In this document: positions 22,805-32,479 of the stretch, piece by piece
Position numbering within the stretch: the stretch's first letter is position 1
Layout: every line of letters starts with the position of its first letter
NCBI GenBank assembly: GCA_963825505.1
Contig: CAWGTL010000010.1
Span: 64,080 to 128,079 of the forward strand
Direction of reading: 5' to 3'
Origin: an uncultured Actinomycetota bacterium
Lineage (GTDB): Bacteria; Actinomycetota; Actinomycetes; Actinomycetales; CAWJMD01
DNA: 64,000 nucleotides
Translations under genes and position numbers: made by a program
Notes under the pieces: model-generated
Databases searched by the model: none
What the model was told of the DNA's origin: nothing
What the model saw: the letters and a program-made list of their open reading frames with translations, nothing else

Positions 22805-24145
22805 ATGGAGGCGGCGCTCGACGCCGCCGCCAAGGCCCCCGAGCCCGCGGAGCGCTCGTTCTCCGACCTCGGCCTGCCGTCCGCCCTGGTGGCGGCCCTG
22901 GCGCAGGCGGGTGTGCACACCCCGTTCGCCATCCAGCGGCGCACCCTGCCCGACGCGCTCGCCGGCCACGACGTCCTGGGCCGCGCCCAGACCGGGTCCG
23001 GCAAGACGCTCGGGTTCGGCCTGCCGGTGCTGACCCGGCTCGAGGGCGCGCGCCGCACGACCAAGTCGCCGCGCGGCCTCGTGCTCGTCCCCACCCGCGA
23101 GCTGGCCCAGCAGGTGGCCGGCGCGCTGACGCCGCTGGCCGGCAGCCTCGGCCTGCGCGTCACCACCGTCTACGGTGGCGCGCCGATCGGCCGCCAGATC
23201 GCCGATCTCGAGCGCGGTGTCGACCTCGTGGTGGCCACCCCGGGCCGGCTGATCGACCTGATGGAGCGCCGCAGCGTGGTGCTCGACCGGGTCGAGGTCG
23301 CCGTGATCGACGAGGCCGACTACATGGCCGACCTCGGCTTCATGCCGGCCGTGAAGCAGATCATGGACGCCACGCCGGACGGCGGGCAGCGGATGCTGTT
23401 CTCCGCCACCCTCGACCGCGGCGTCGGCACACTGGTGCAGGCCTACCTCGTCGACCCGAAGGTCCACGCCGTCGCGGCGACCGCGGCGCAGGTCGACCTG
23501 ATGGACCACCGCGTGCTCAGCGTCCGCACCGAGCACAAGGTCGCCGTCGCCACCGAGGTCGCGGGTCGTCCTGGCCGGACGCTGTTCTTCGTCCGCACCA
23601 AGAACGGCGCCGACCGACTGACCCAGCAGCTCACCGTCGCGGGCGTGCCGGCGACCACGATCCACGGCAACCTCAACCAGAGCGCGCGGCAGCGCTCGCT
23701 GGCCCAGTTCACCTCCGGCCACCGCCGGGTGCTGGTCGCCACCGACGTCGCCGCCCGCGGGATCCACGTCGACGACGTCGACCTGGTCGTGCACTTCGAC
23801 CCGCCGAACGACCACAAGGACTACCTGCACCGCTCGGGCCGGACCGCGCGCGCCGGCAGCTCCGGCACCGTCGTCTCGCTGGTCAGCCCCAGCCAGCTGC
23901 GGACGATGGCCCGGCTGCACTCCGACGCCGGCGTCACCGCCCGCACCACCGCCGTGCAGCCCGGCCACGCCGAGGTGCGCGAGATCGCGACCTCCGGCGA
24001 GCCGGTCGTGGTCACCGAGATGCCGCGGCAGGAGCGCACCTGGAAGGGCCGTCCCCGCCGCCAGGGCCCGGGCCGCCCGAGCCAGGGGTCGGGCCGACCG
24101 TCCGGCAGCCGCTACCAGGGTCGCGACTCCCGCCGCGAGCGGTAG
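22805..24145 (+). CDS. DEAD-box ATP-dependent RNA helicase (conservative start; N-terminal Arg/Gly-rich extension unresolved)
   Basis: Q-motif FSDLGL...TPFAIQ, AQTGSGKT, DEAD, SAT, HRSGRTARAG. Upstream, ATG 22647 opens a different high-GC3 frame, so a frameshift near 22740 is possible. Confidence 0.9.
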   Translation: MEAALDAAAKAPEPAERSFSDLGLPSALVAALAQAGVHTPFAIQRRTLPDALAGHDVLGRAQTGSGKTLGFGLPVLTRLEGARRTTKSPRGLVLVPTRELAQQVAGALTPLAGSLGLRVTTVYGGAPIGRQIADLERGVDLVVATPGRLIDLMERRSVVLDRVEVAVIDEADYMADLGFMPAVKQIMDATPDGGQRMLFSATLDRGVGTLVQAYLVDPKVHAVAATAAQVDLMDHRVLSVRTEHKVAVATEVAGRPGRTLFFVRTKNGADRLTQQLTVAGVPATTIHGNLNQSARQRSLAQFTSGHRRVLVATDVAARGIHVDDVDLVVHFDPPNDHKDYLHRSGRTARAGSSGTVVSLVSPSQLRTMARLHSDAGVTARTTAVQPGHAEVREIATSGEPVVVTEMPRQERTWKGRPRRQGPGRPSQGSGRPSGSRYQGRDSRRER

Positions 24146-24150
24146 AGCGA

Positions 24151-24180
24151 CCAGCACGACCCAGCACGACCCAGCACGCA
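24151..24180. repeat. 10-bp tandem repeat CCAGCACGAC x3 (third copy imperfect)
   Basis: Read directly: ccagcacgac ccagcacgac ccagcacgca, immediately after the helicase stop. Confidence 0.8.
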
Positions 24181-24184
24181 CCGA

Positions 24185-24213
24185 GGGCCCCGGACATCCA
24201 CCGTCCGGGGCCC
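24185..24213. terminator. Perfect 11-bp stem-loop between convergent genes (bidirectional terminator candidate)
   Basis: GGGCCCCGGAC-atccacc-GTCCGGGGCCC lies between the helicase (+) and the 52-aa membrane-protein gene (-). Confidence 0.6.
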
Positions 24214-24230
24214 TCGTGCCGTGCCGCTCG

Positions 24231-24389
24231 TCAGAACCAGTGCTTGCGTCCCCCGATGGCGCGTCCGGTGCCGCCGAGGACGGCGAGGACCAGTCCGATC
24301 ACGATCAGGATGGCCCCGATCGTGACGAGGATGCTGAGGCTGTCTACCAGCAAACCCAGGATCAGGAGGATGACGCCGAGGACGATCAT
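24231..24389 (-). CDS. Small hydrophobic membrane protein (52 aa)
   Basis: ATG 24389 follows GGAGG. MIVLGVILLILGLLVDSLSILVTIGAILIVIGLVLAVLGGTGRAIGGRKHWF. Only the last 52 codons of ORF 24231..25064 look real. Confidence 0.7.
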   Translation of the reverse strand: MIVLGVILLILGLLVDSLSILVTIGAILIVIGLVLAVLGGTGRAIGGRKHWF

Positions 24390-24566
24390 GCAGGTGACCT
24401 CCAGGTCGGGCGGTGCACCACTGAGCACACGAGGGGGTCTCGCGCCCGGCACCGCGCCCCACATGGTGGTCGCTCCGGCGCCCGTGCGCGACTCGACACT
24501 CCGGGACCGGACCGGAGGGGGCGTGGCCGCGGCGCGGTACCGGCACCGGTCCGGCATGATGCGCTG

Positions 24567-25091
24567 ATGGCTGCCGACCCCACGACCGACCGCGACGTGC
24601 CCGCTCACGTGCGGGCCGGCAACAAGCTCCTCGAGGTGGCCGAGACCGTCGTCTACGTCGGGATCGCCGCCCTCCTGGTGGTCATCGCCATCACCGTGAT
24701 CGGCGTCACCGCCGTCAACGTGCCGTCGATGGTCGGCACCGACTTCGACGGCACCCAGTCGGCCGCGCTGGAGCTGCTCGACTCGCTGCTGCTGGTGTTC
24801 ATCGTCGTCGAGCTGCTGTACGCGGTGCGCGCCACGATCGCCGAGCGGCAGCTGGTCGCCGAGCCGTTCCTGCTCGTGGGCGTCATCGCCTCGATCAAGG
24901 AGATCGTCGTGCTGTCGGTGAAGGCGGCCGACCTGGTGGGCGAGCCCGAGTTCGCGGACGCCGCGTGGGAGATCGGCCTGCTCGGAGGGCTCGTCCTGGC
25001 CCTGGGGTTCACCGCGTGGCTGCTGCGGCTCAAGGAGCGCGAGCCGGACGAGACCGACGACCAACCGGTCGTCGAGAAGGCGCAGGCGTGA
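24567..25091 (+). CDS. PsiE-like (phosphate-starvation-inducible family) membrane protein
   Basis: ATG 24567 is in frame in ORF 24216..25091. Four predicted helices, LLDSLLLVFIVVELLYAV segment. Confidence 0.5.
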   Translation: MAADPTTDRDVPAHVRAGNKLLEVAETVVYVGIAALLVVIAITVIGVTAVNVPSMVGTDFDGTQSAALELLDSLLLVFIVVELLYAVRATIAERQLVAEPFLLVGVIASIKEIVVLSVKAADLVGEPEFADAAWEIGLLGGLVLALGFTAWLLRLKEREPDETDDQPVVEKAQA

Positions 25092-25825
25092 GCGACCTCC
25101 TGCGGGAGAGCCGGCGCGACCTCGCCCTGGCGATCGGTGTGATGGCCTGGATCGGCGGGGTGCTGTGGTGCGACCGGTCCGGCCCGATGGCCGAGCAGGT
25201 CGTCCTCGGCGCGCTGACGTGGGGCGTGCTGCTGCTGGCGCTGCGGCGCGAGACGCCGCAGGTGCGCACGCAGACCGGCATCGTCGTGGTGCTCGCCACG
25301 CTGGTGGAGTACACCTTCTCGCCGCTGCTCGAGGCGTACACCTACCGGCTCGACACCGTGCCCGCGTTCGTCCCGCCGGGGCACGGCCTGGTGTACCTCG
25401 CTGCGCTCGCGCTCGGGCGCACCGCGCTGTTCGTCGCCCTCCGCCGACCCCTCGTGGTCGGCACCGTCGTCGTGGGCGGGGCGTGGGCGGCCCACGGCCT
25501 GCTGCTGGCCGAGCGGCCGGACGCCCTGGGGGCGTTCTGGTTCTGCTGCCTCGTGGGGTTCCTGCTGTGGGGTCGCTCGCAGCTGCTCTACGTGGGCGCG
25601 TTCCTCGTGGTCTCCTGGCTGGAGCTGCTCGGCACGGCGTGGGGCAACTGGGCCTGGGCGACGCACGACCCCGTGCTCGGCGTGGTGAGCCAGGGCAACC
25701 CGCCGTCGGGCGCCGCCGGCGGCTACGGCTGGTTCGACCTCTGGGCGATCCTGCTCGCGCCCTGGGTGCTCGGCCGGGTCCACGCTGTGCGCGCTGCGGT
25801 GCAGCAGGTGCGGTCCGCGGCCTGA
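25088..25825 (+). CDS. Polytopic membrane protein, unknown function
   Basis: GTG 25088 overlaps the previous stop (GTGA). 245 aa and highly hydrophobic. Confidence 0.6.
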   Translation: MSDLLRESRRDLALAIGVMAWIGGVLWCDRSGPMAEQVVLGALTWGVLLLALRRETPQVRTQTGIVVVLATLVEYTFSPLLEAYTYRLDTVPAFVPPGHGLVYLAALALGRTALFVALRRPLVVGTVVVGGAWAAHGLLLAERPDALGAFWFCCLVGFLLWGRSQLLYVGAFLVVSWLELLGTAWGNWAWATHDPVLGVVSQGNPPSGAAGGYGWFDLWAILLAPWVLGRVHAVRAAVQQVRSAA

Positions 25826-25847
25826 TCCGCTCCGGACCGCCTGTCCC

Positions 25848-26802
25848 TCAGGCGATCTCGACGACGACCTTGCCGAGCGCGCGACCCTCGCCCACGTGCG
25901 CGAGCGCCTCGGCCGACCTGGTCGAGCCGGTAGGTGCGGTCGACGTGGATGCGCACCTCCCCGTCGGCGCAGAGCCGGGCGAGCGGTTCGACGTGAGACG
26001 GTCCCTGCCGTACCACGAGGACCCCGATGTCGCGACGGCCCACGGCACCGAGCAGCCTGCCGAGCGTCGCGACCGACAGCATCGTGCGGACGGGCCCGCC
26101 GACGCACCGGTACCGGCCACCGGGCGCGAGCGCGCGCCGGTACGCGATCACCGAGCGGCGGGCGACCAGGTCGAGGACGCGGTCGTAGGGACCTGTGCGC
26201 GTCCAGTCGGTCGCGCGGTGGTCGAGCACCTCGTCGGCGCCGAGGGACCGCATGTGCGCGAGCTTGCCCGCGTTGTCGACCGCCGTGACGTGGGCCCCGC
26301 TGCGCCGGGCGAGCTGGATCGCGAACGACCCGGTGCCGCCCCCGCCGCCGTTGACGAGCCACCGGACGCCGGGCGCGAGCCCGGCGGTGCCCTGCAGGGC
26401 GATCGCGCCGCACTGAGGGAGGGCCGCGGCATGGACAAAGTCCAGACCCGCCGGCAGAGGAGCGAGCGCCCGCTCGGGCGCGACGGCCAGCTCGGCGAAA
26501 CCGCCCATCAGCTCGAGGTTGTCGCCGTAGACGGGGTCGCCGGGCCGGAACCGGGTGACCTCGTCGCCGACCGCCTCGACCGTCCCCGCCAGGTCGGATC
26601 CCAGCACCCGGCGGGCAGGGGTGCGCAGACCGCCGATCCGGGCGTAGGCCGGCGAACCGACGAGGCACTCCCAGTCGCTGAGGTTGACCGACGTCGCCGC
26701 CACCCGCACCAGCACCTGCCGCGGTCCGGGCACCGGGACCGGGACGTCCTCCAGCCGCAGCACGTCCGGGCCCCCGTAGCGATCCCGGACGACGGCCTTC
26801 AC
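25848..26802 (-). pseudogene. Zinc-type/MDR quinone oxidoreductase (NADPH-dependent), reading frame broken once near 25912
   Basis: VKAVVRDRYGGPDVLRLEDVPVP...NGGGGGTGSFAIQLA in ORF 25723..27810. The C-terminus AEALAHVGEGRALGKVVVEIA is in ORF 25848..26120. One extra base lies in CAGGTCGGCCGAG. Span length leaves remainder 1 on division by 3. Confidence 0.8.
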
Positions 26803-27674
26803 GTCGCCGGCGGGTCCGACCGCGCGAGCGCGGCCAGCGCCGCCTCGTGCAGGTGGCCGTTGGTGGCGAGCGCGTTGCCCCCGAAGGGACCGTCCACCCC
26901 GTCGACCGAGGTGAACCGGCCTCCGGCCTCGGTGACGATCGGCACCAGGGCCGCCATGTCGTGCAGCTCGAGCTCGGGTTCCACGGCGACGTCGACCGCT
27001 CCCTCCGCCACGAGCACGTACGAGTAGAAGTCGCCGTAGGCGCGGGTGCGCCAGCAGCTGCGGGTGAGGTCGAGGAAGTCGTCCAGCCGCCCGCGCTCCT
27101 CCCACCCGTGCAGGCTCGAGTACGACAACGAGGCGTCCTCCATCCGCGACACCGACGACACGTGCAGCCGGGTCGCGGACGACAGCGAGCGCCCGGTCCA
27201 GGCGCCGGAGCCGGTGGCGGCCCACCAGCGGCGGTTCAGGGCCGGGGCCGAGACCACGCCGAGCACGGGGCGTCCGGCGTCCAGAAGCGCCAGCAGGGTC
27301 GCCCACACGGGCACGCCGCGGACGAAGCTCTTGGTGCCGTCGATCGGGTCGACCACCCACTGCCGCGGGCCGTGCCCGGTGTCCTCGTACTCCTCGCCGA
27401 CCACGGCGTCTCGCGGACGGGTCCGGCGCAGCTGCGTGCGCACCAGCTCCTCGGCGCCGCGATCGGCGTCGGTGACCGGCGTGAGGTCGGGCTTGCTCTC
27501 GACGGCGAGGTCGAGGGCCTTGAACCGCGAGGTGGTGAGGGCGTCGACCTGGTCGCAGATGACGTGCGCGAGCCGCAGGTCGTCGTCGTACGACGCGACC
27601 CGGCGCTGGCTCTCCTCGCTCACGAGGGGACCGTACCGGGCGCCGACCGGGGTCACCGGGATGTCGGACGACAC
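26799..27674 (-). CDS. hisN: Inositol-monophosphatase-family histidinol-phosphatase
   Basis: 291-aa ORF with DLTPVTDADRGAE, WVVDPIDGTKSF and DFYSYVLVAEG motifs. Its stop overlaps the MDR start (GTGA). Confidence 0.85.
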   Translation of the reverse strand: MSSDIPVTPVGARYGPLVSEESQRRVASYDDDLRLAHVICDQVDALTTSRFKALDLAVESKPDLTPVTDADRGAEELVRTQLRRTRPRDAVVGEEYEDTGHGPRQWVVDPIDGTKSFVRGVPVWATLLALLDAGRPVLGVVSAPALNRRWWAATGSGAWTGRSLSSATRLHVSSVSRMEDASLSYSSLHGWEERGRLDDFLDLTRSCWRTRAYGDFYSYVLVAEGAVDVAVEPELELHDMAALVPIVTEAGGRFTSVDGVDGPFGGNALATNGHLHEAALAALARSDPPAT

Positions 27675-27703
27675 CCGTCGGCAGCAGGGGTGAGGATGGC
27701 GGG

Positions 27704-28000
27704 GTGGAACGGATGCCCCTGCACCTCGCCCTCGCCGACCGCGACAAGGTCCTGGCGGTGTACCTCGACGACGACGGCCGGATCACGCAGATGCCGCGCA
27801 AGAACCGCAAGAAGCTGGTGGTGCTCGACCACGTCAGCCGCGTGTTCGACCCCGGCGTGCGCTACGACGAGAGCGAGGTCAACGCGCTGTGCCGCTCGTT
27901 CCACGACGACGTCGCGATGCTGCGGCGGGCCCTGGTCGACGAGGCGTTCCTGGCCCGCGCCGACGGCGTCTACTGGCGGATCGGCGGCACGGTGGAGTGA
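27704..28000 (+). CDS. DUF2087-like protein
   Basis: 98-aa ORF reading QMPRKNRKKLVVLDHVSRVFDPGVRYDESEVNALC. Confidence 0.65.
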   Translation: MERMPLHLALADRDKVLAVYLDDDGRITQMPRKNRKKLVVLDHVSRVFDPGVRYDESEVNALCRSFHDDVAMLRRALVDEAFLARADGVYWRIGGTVE

Positions 28001-28053
28001 CCGCGACCACGTCTTGACGTCCGCTTGAGGTCGGCTCTGCCCATACTTCCTGC

Positions 28054-28503
28054 ATGGACGACCTCTTCGGCTCGATCGCCGGCCTGCCGCTCCACCCGCT
28101 CGTCGTGCACGGCGTCGTGGTGCTGCTGCCTCTCATGGCCGTCGTCACGGTGCTCGTGACGTTCGTCAGCCGGTGGCGCGGCGCCGCCTGGCTCGTCGTC
28201 GTCGCCAACGCCGGGGTCACCGTGATGGCGCTGGTGGCCAAGGAGAGCGGCGAGCGCCTCAAGGACGCGCTGCCGGTCGAGAGCGACGCCATCGACCGCC
28301 ACGCCGAGCTCGGCGACGTGCTGCCGCTGTTCGCGCTCGGCCTCCTGGTCGCGTCGCTGGTCGCGGCCCTGCTGCGCTCCAGCGCCCGGCTGCGCTGGCT
28401 GGGGATCGTCCTGGCCGTCGTCGCCGGCGCGGCTGCGGTCACCTGGACCGTGCTCACCGGCCACAGCGGGTCGACGGCGGTGTGGGAGGGCATCACCCCC
28501 TGA
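28054..28503 (+). CDS. DUF2231-like membrane protein
   Basis: 149-aa ORF with HPLVVHGVVVLLPL N-terminal motif and four helices. Confidence 0.65.
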   Translation: MDDLFGSIAGLPLHPLVVHGVVVLLPLMAVVTVLVTFVSRWRGAAWLVVVANAGVTVMALVAKESGERLKDALPVESDAIDRHAELGDVLPLFALGLLVASLVAALLRSSARLRWLGIVLAVVAGAAAVTWTVLTGHSGSTAVWEGITP

Positions 28504-28506
28504 CGC

Positions 28507-28875
28507 TCACGCCGGCGGAGGCACCGGGTCGCCGAGAACCCACGGGGTGACGGCCCGGACGGCGGCGACGGGCACCGGTCCGTACACGTGCGGGTAGGGG
28601 TCGTCCTGGCCGGGCACCTGCTCCCAGCGCACGGGTGACCCCGACGCCTCGAGGGCCGCGACGTCGATCTCGAGCAGCACCAGGGGGTCCTGGACGTCGA
28701 CGTAGTACCGCCGCGCGACACCGTCGAGCTGTGCGGGCGTGCTCGCGTGGATGTAGCCCTCCTCGGCGAGCGTGATCCCGAGGGTCGACCACTCGTAGCG
28801 TCCGAGCGCCACGGCGTCCTCCCAGTCCCGCAGCAGGGCCAGGTGCCAGATCGGTTCTCGGACGCCCTGTTCCAT
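28507..28875 (-). CDS. DUF952-like protein
   Basis: ATG 28875 is in frame in ORF 28507..29172. IWHLALLRDWEDA...EGYIHASTPAQL. Confidence 0.7.
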   Translation of the reverse strand: MEQGVREPIWHLALLRDWEDAVALGRYEWSTLGITLAEEGYIHASTPAQLDGVARRYYVDVQDPLVLLEIDVAALEASGSPVRWEQVPGQDDPYPHVYGPVPVAAVRAVTPWVLGDPVPPPA

Positions 28876-29279
28876 CAGAGCGCGCGCACCTGGTTGTTCC
28901 TGGCGTCGTGGGTGAGCTCGGCCAGCCCCAGCGCCTCCAGCAGCGGCGGCAGGTACATGCCGAAGCGGCCGCGGTAGCCCTTGCGCAGGCCGTACCAGCC
29001 GCCCACCGGGTTGGTGTCCGAGCGTCCCCACGCCTCGACGGTCCCGTCGGCGGCGTCCTTCTTCTCGTCGGCGGCGCCGAGCGGGACCCAGCCGCCCTGC
29101 TCGCGCAGCCACGCGTGCAGGTCGTCCACGGCCGACAGGTGGTACCGAAGGGTGGTGCTGCCGACCTGGCACACCAGCGCGGGCGGGTCGGCGTCGGTGT
29201 CGCGGTGCATCGTGTAGGTCGACGACCCGGGCGCGGTGGTGAGCTGCCAGGGGTCGTCAGCGGTCCCGGTACCGGTCAT
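28875..29279 (-). CDS. Conserved-looking hypothetical protein (134 aa)
   Basis: ATG 29279 (MTGTGTADDPWQL...). High GC3. Its stop overlaps the DUF952 start by 1 nt. Confidence 0.6.
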   Translation of the reverse strand: MTGTGTADDPWQLTTAPGSSTYTMHRDTDADPPALVCQVGSTTLRYHLSAVDDLHAWLREQGGWVPLGAADEKKDAADGTVEAWGRSDTNPVGGWYGLRKGYRGRFGMYLPPLLEALGLAELTHDARNNQVRAL

Positions 29280-29342
29280 CCACCCACTCTGGCACCGCAC
29301 GGCACGCAGCGGAACGGCCGACCGATCACCGACCGCGAACGC

Positions 29343-29763
29343 TCACCAGTGCACTCCGCCGGCCATCAGGGCGGTCTCGGCGTCGAAGCGCTGCATCGTG
29401 GTCAGGGGCGTGCGGTCGGCGTCGTGGTCGACCCCGATCACCCGGCAGGTGCGCAGCAGCACGTCGTCGTAGGCGCCCTCGGACGCGCGCACGCGCTCGT
29501 ACTTCCCGGGCTCGTCGCACGCGTGCGCACGCTGCACCAGGCGCGAGAGCCGCTGCAGCTCGAGGGTGCAGATCAGCAGCTCCACCGGCTCCTCCGGCGC
29601 GGGCTCCGCACGGGGCCGGACGCCGACCCCCTGGAGGACGGCTCCGCGCCACCCGCCGCAACCGTGGCCACGGCCGTCGTCGCAGGGCGCACCAGAGCCG
29701 GCCGGCGAGCCCCGTCGCGAGCGCCAGCGACACCGTGAACACCAAGACCACGAGCAGCGTCAT
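29343..29763 (-). pseudogene. Hypothetical membrane-anchored protein, frame broken once near 29.70 kb
   Basis: ATG 29763 follows GGGAG and gives the TM helix MTLLVVLVFTVSLALATGLAG in one frame. The well-coded C-terminal 80 aa (ORF 29343..29585) are in another frame. Span length leaves remainder 1 on division by 3. Confidence 0.4.
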
Positions 29764-29851
29764 CACTCCCTGGTCCAGTGTGCGACGAGACGGGCCCACC
29801 GCGCCACGCAGATGCCCGGTCCCACCCGGCCGGCCGTGCTGGCTAGGGTCG

Positions 29852-30607
29852 ATGGCCGTGACGACCCCGATCCGCTCCGGCACCGTCCTGCCCGCCCGTC
29901 GCGAGGACGTCGAGCTGCACACCGCGGACGGTCTCACGCTGGTCGGCGAGCTCGCCCTGCCGCTCGACCGCGACCCCGTGGCCACGCTGGTGACGCTGCA
30001 CCCGCTGCCCACGCACGGCGGGTTCATGGACAGCCACGTGTTCCGCAAGGCGTCGTGGCGGCTGCCCGCCCTGGCCGGCATCGCGGTGCTCCGGTTCAAC
30101 CTGCGCGGCGTCAGCAGCCCGCGCGGCACCAGCGAGGGTGCCTTCGACTCCGGCGACGCCGAGCGCTACGACGTGGCGGCGGCGATCGAGCTGGCCGAGT
30201 TCCGCGACCTGCCGAACCGCTGGCTGGTGGGCTGGTCGTTCGGCACCGACCTGGCCCTCATGCACGGCAACGACCCCTCGGTGGAGGGCGCGATCCTGCT
30301 CTCGCCGCCGCTGCGGTTCTCCGCGCCGCCGCACCTGCACGCCTGGGCCGAGTCCGGCCACCCGGTGCTCGCGCTCGTCCCCGAGCTGGACGACTACCTG
30401 CAGCCCGACGAGGCCCGCGAGCGGTTCGCCGCCATCCCGCAGGCGCGGGTCGTGGGCGTCGAGGGTGCCAAGCACCTGTGGGTGGGCGAGGCCGCGGTGC
30501 GCCGCGTGCTCGACGAGGTCGTGGCCCAGGTGGCGCCCGGCGTGCCCGTCCCGCTCCCGACCACCTGGGACGGTCCGTCCGAGACCCACGACGACCTGCG
30601 GCGCTGA
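29852..30607 (+). CDS. Alpha/beta hydrolase
   Basis: ATG 29852 is in frame in ORF 29735..30607. LVGWSFGTDLAL nucleophile-elbow-like segment; 251 aa. Confidence 0.75.
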   Translation: MAVTTPIRSGTVLPARREDVELHTADGLTLVGELALPLDRDPVATLVTLHPLPTHGGFMDSHVFRKASWRLPALAGIAVLRFNLRGVSSPRGTSEGAFDSGDAERYDVAAAIELAEFRDLPNRWLVGWSFGTDLALMHGNDPSVEGAILLSPPLRFSAPPHLHAWAESGHPVLALVPELDDYLQPDEARERFAAIPQARVVGVEGAKHLWVGEAAVRRVLDEVVAQVAPGVPVPLPTTWDGPSETHDDLRR

Positions 30608-30614
30608 GCGCCTC

Positions 30615-31007
30615 TCACCGCGCACCGTCGCGGGTCCAGGGCGCGGACCGACCGGCCGTCGCCAGGTGCAGCGGCCGCATGCTCACGCCGGTGGCGGCGA
30701 GCGAGCCGAGCGCCTGCGCCCACGCCCGGTCGCACGCGTCGACCGCCGAGGGGCCGGGCCGGCTGAGCAGCATCGCCACCGAGCCCCCTGGGGCCTGCTC
30801 CTCCAGCACGCTCCCCGCGACGTGGCCGAGCCCGTCGAGCACCTGCCCGTGCGGGTGCCGGGGCAGCTCGACCGGCATCACGACGGGGAGCATCCGCCGG
30901 CGTCGAACCAGATCACCACAGGGTCCGCTCGTCGAAGGGCTCCGAGGCGACGACCTCCTGCCACCGCGGCGCAGCTCGGCGTCGGACCGGTTCGTCGTCT
31001 CGCTCAT
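30615..31007 (-). pseudogene. Hypothetical protein (~130 aa) with three closely spaced frame changes
   Basis: High-GC3 coding runs pass through three frames in order. MSETTNRSDAELRR, then WQEVVASEPFDERTLW, then VVIWFDAGG, then MLPVVMPVELPRHPHGQVL...SVAMLLSRPGPSAVD. Shifts lie near 30975, 30918 and 30895. Confidence 0.4.
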
Positions 31008-31090
31008 GACCCGACCCTCGCCGCGGACGGCGCGGGCGTCGTCCACAGGCGACGCACGCCCTGCTGTCCACAGGGCCTGACCACGGCTCG

Positions 31091-32419
31091 TCAGGCCGTG
31101 CGGCGGTGCCACGCGAGCATCGCGTGGTTGAGCTGGACGACCGGTTCGGTACTGCTGGTCGTCGATGGGTGGCCGAGGACCGGTGGTGGGTGTGAGCTGT
31201 AGGTGTGGCCGGTCGGGGTGGTGGTGGTGACGGTGCCGTCGGGATCTCGTTGCGCCGACCAGCCCGGTGCTTGTTTGGCGAGGTTGCAGCGGCGGCAGAG
31301 GCCTTGGGCGTTCTCGCGTGCGGTGGGGCCGTCGTCGGCGTAGTCCTCGACGTGGTCGGTCTCGGCGATCGGGGCGTCGCACCACGGGGTGCGGCAGGAC
31401 TGGTCGGAGAGCCGGACCAGGTGGGCCAGTCCGTCGGGGAAGCGGCGGGAGCGGGAGTCCATCGCGACCAGGGCGGTGCGGTCGGGGGTGGTGTAGAGCC
31501 GGCGGAGCCAGGCCCGCCCGGCCGCACCGGCGCGGGCGACCAGGGTGCGGGCGATCAGGCCGGGGATCGGGACGGGGACCTGGCCGCGGGCGTGGACCGT
31601 GGCCGAGGCGCCGCCGTGGCCGAGCAGGGTGGTGTCGGTCATCACCAGGTCGACGTGCACGGGCACGGGCTCGGTGAGCGGGTCGCGGCCGGTGACCCTG
31701 GCGACGAACGCGTCGGCCATCACCTGCCCGCGCGAGCGGGGGTCGCCGGTGGCGGCGGCCCGGGCGGCGTCCTGCCGCAGGGCGGCGAAGCACGCCACGC
31801 CCTCGGCCACCGGCACCAGCGCGCTGAGGTAGACCATCGTGTCCGGCGCCGGCCGGATCGTGACCGTGCGGTCGGCCTCTGCCTTCGCCGCCCGCTTCAC
31901 CGCCGACTCGGGGTCGAGCCTCTGGGCCAGGCCCTTGGCGGCGCGGGTGAGCCGGCCGGTGGAGGTGCCGGGCTGCTCGAGCATGTCGGCGAGCCGGGCA
32001 TCGACCTCGGTGCGGTCGTCGGCCTGCAGGACCGCGGTCTCACGGACCAGGCAGGTCGCGGTCCACTCGGTGATCCGGCCGCTGCTGAGGGCGGCCAGTG
32101 CAGTTCGGCATCTCGTGCACCAGCGCGGTGGCCATCCCGACGAGCTTGCCGCCCTGGTGCGGCGACTCCCCGCGCGCCAGCGCGACCTGCTCGACCACGC
32201 CACGGTGTGCCCGCTGGTTCGGTACCCCCGCCGCGACCTGCACGGCCCGCTGCGAGGCGACCAGGTCTGCGGTGATCCGCGCCTGGGTCGCCGACGCCGC
32301 CCGTTTCAGCTCCTCCAGCTCCCGGATCTGCTCGACCCGACCCGCGTCGTCACCGCCGGCTCGAGAGCGCGCACGTCCGCGACGATCTCGGCGAGCGCCG
32401 ACGGCAGGGTGTCGAACAC
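31091..32419 (-). pseudogene. DUF222/HNH endonuclease (REP13E12-like family), two frame disruptions
   Basis: N-terminus VFDTLPSALAEIVADVRALEP, then (shift ~32352) RVEQIRELEELKRAASATQARITADL...LVGMATALVHEMP. Then (shift ~32105) TALAALSSGRITEW...CRTPWCDAPIAETDHV...GLCRRCNLAK (HNH). Confidence 0.8.
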
Positions 32420-32479
32420 GTGTTCGATTCTACCTGAGCACGTCCCTGATGACAAGGGTCTTCAGTGACGAACGAGTCG

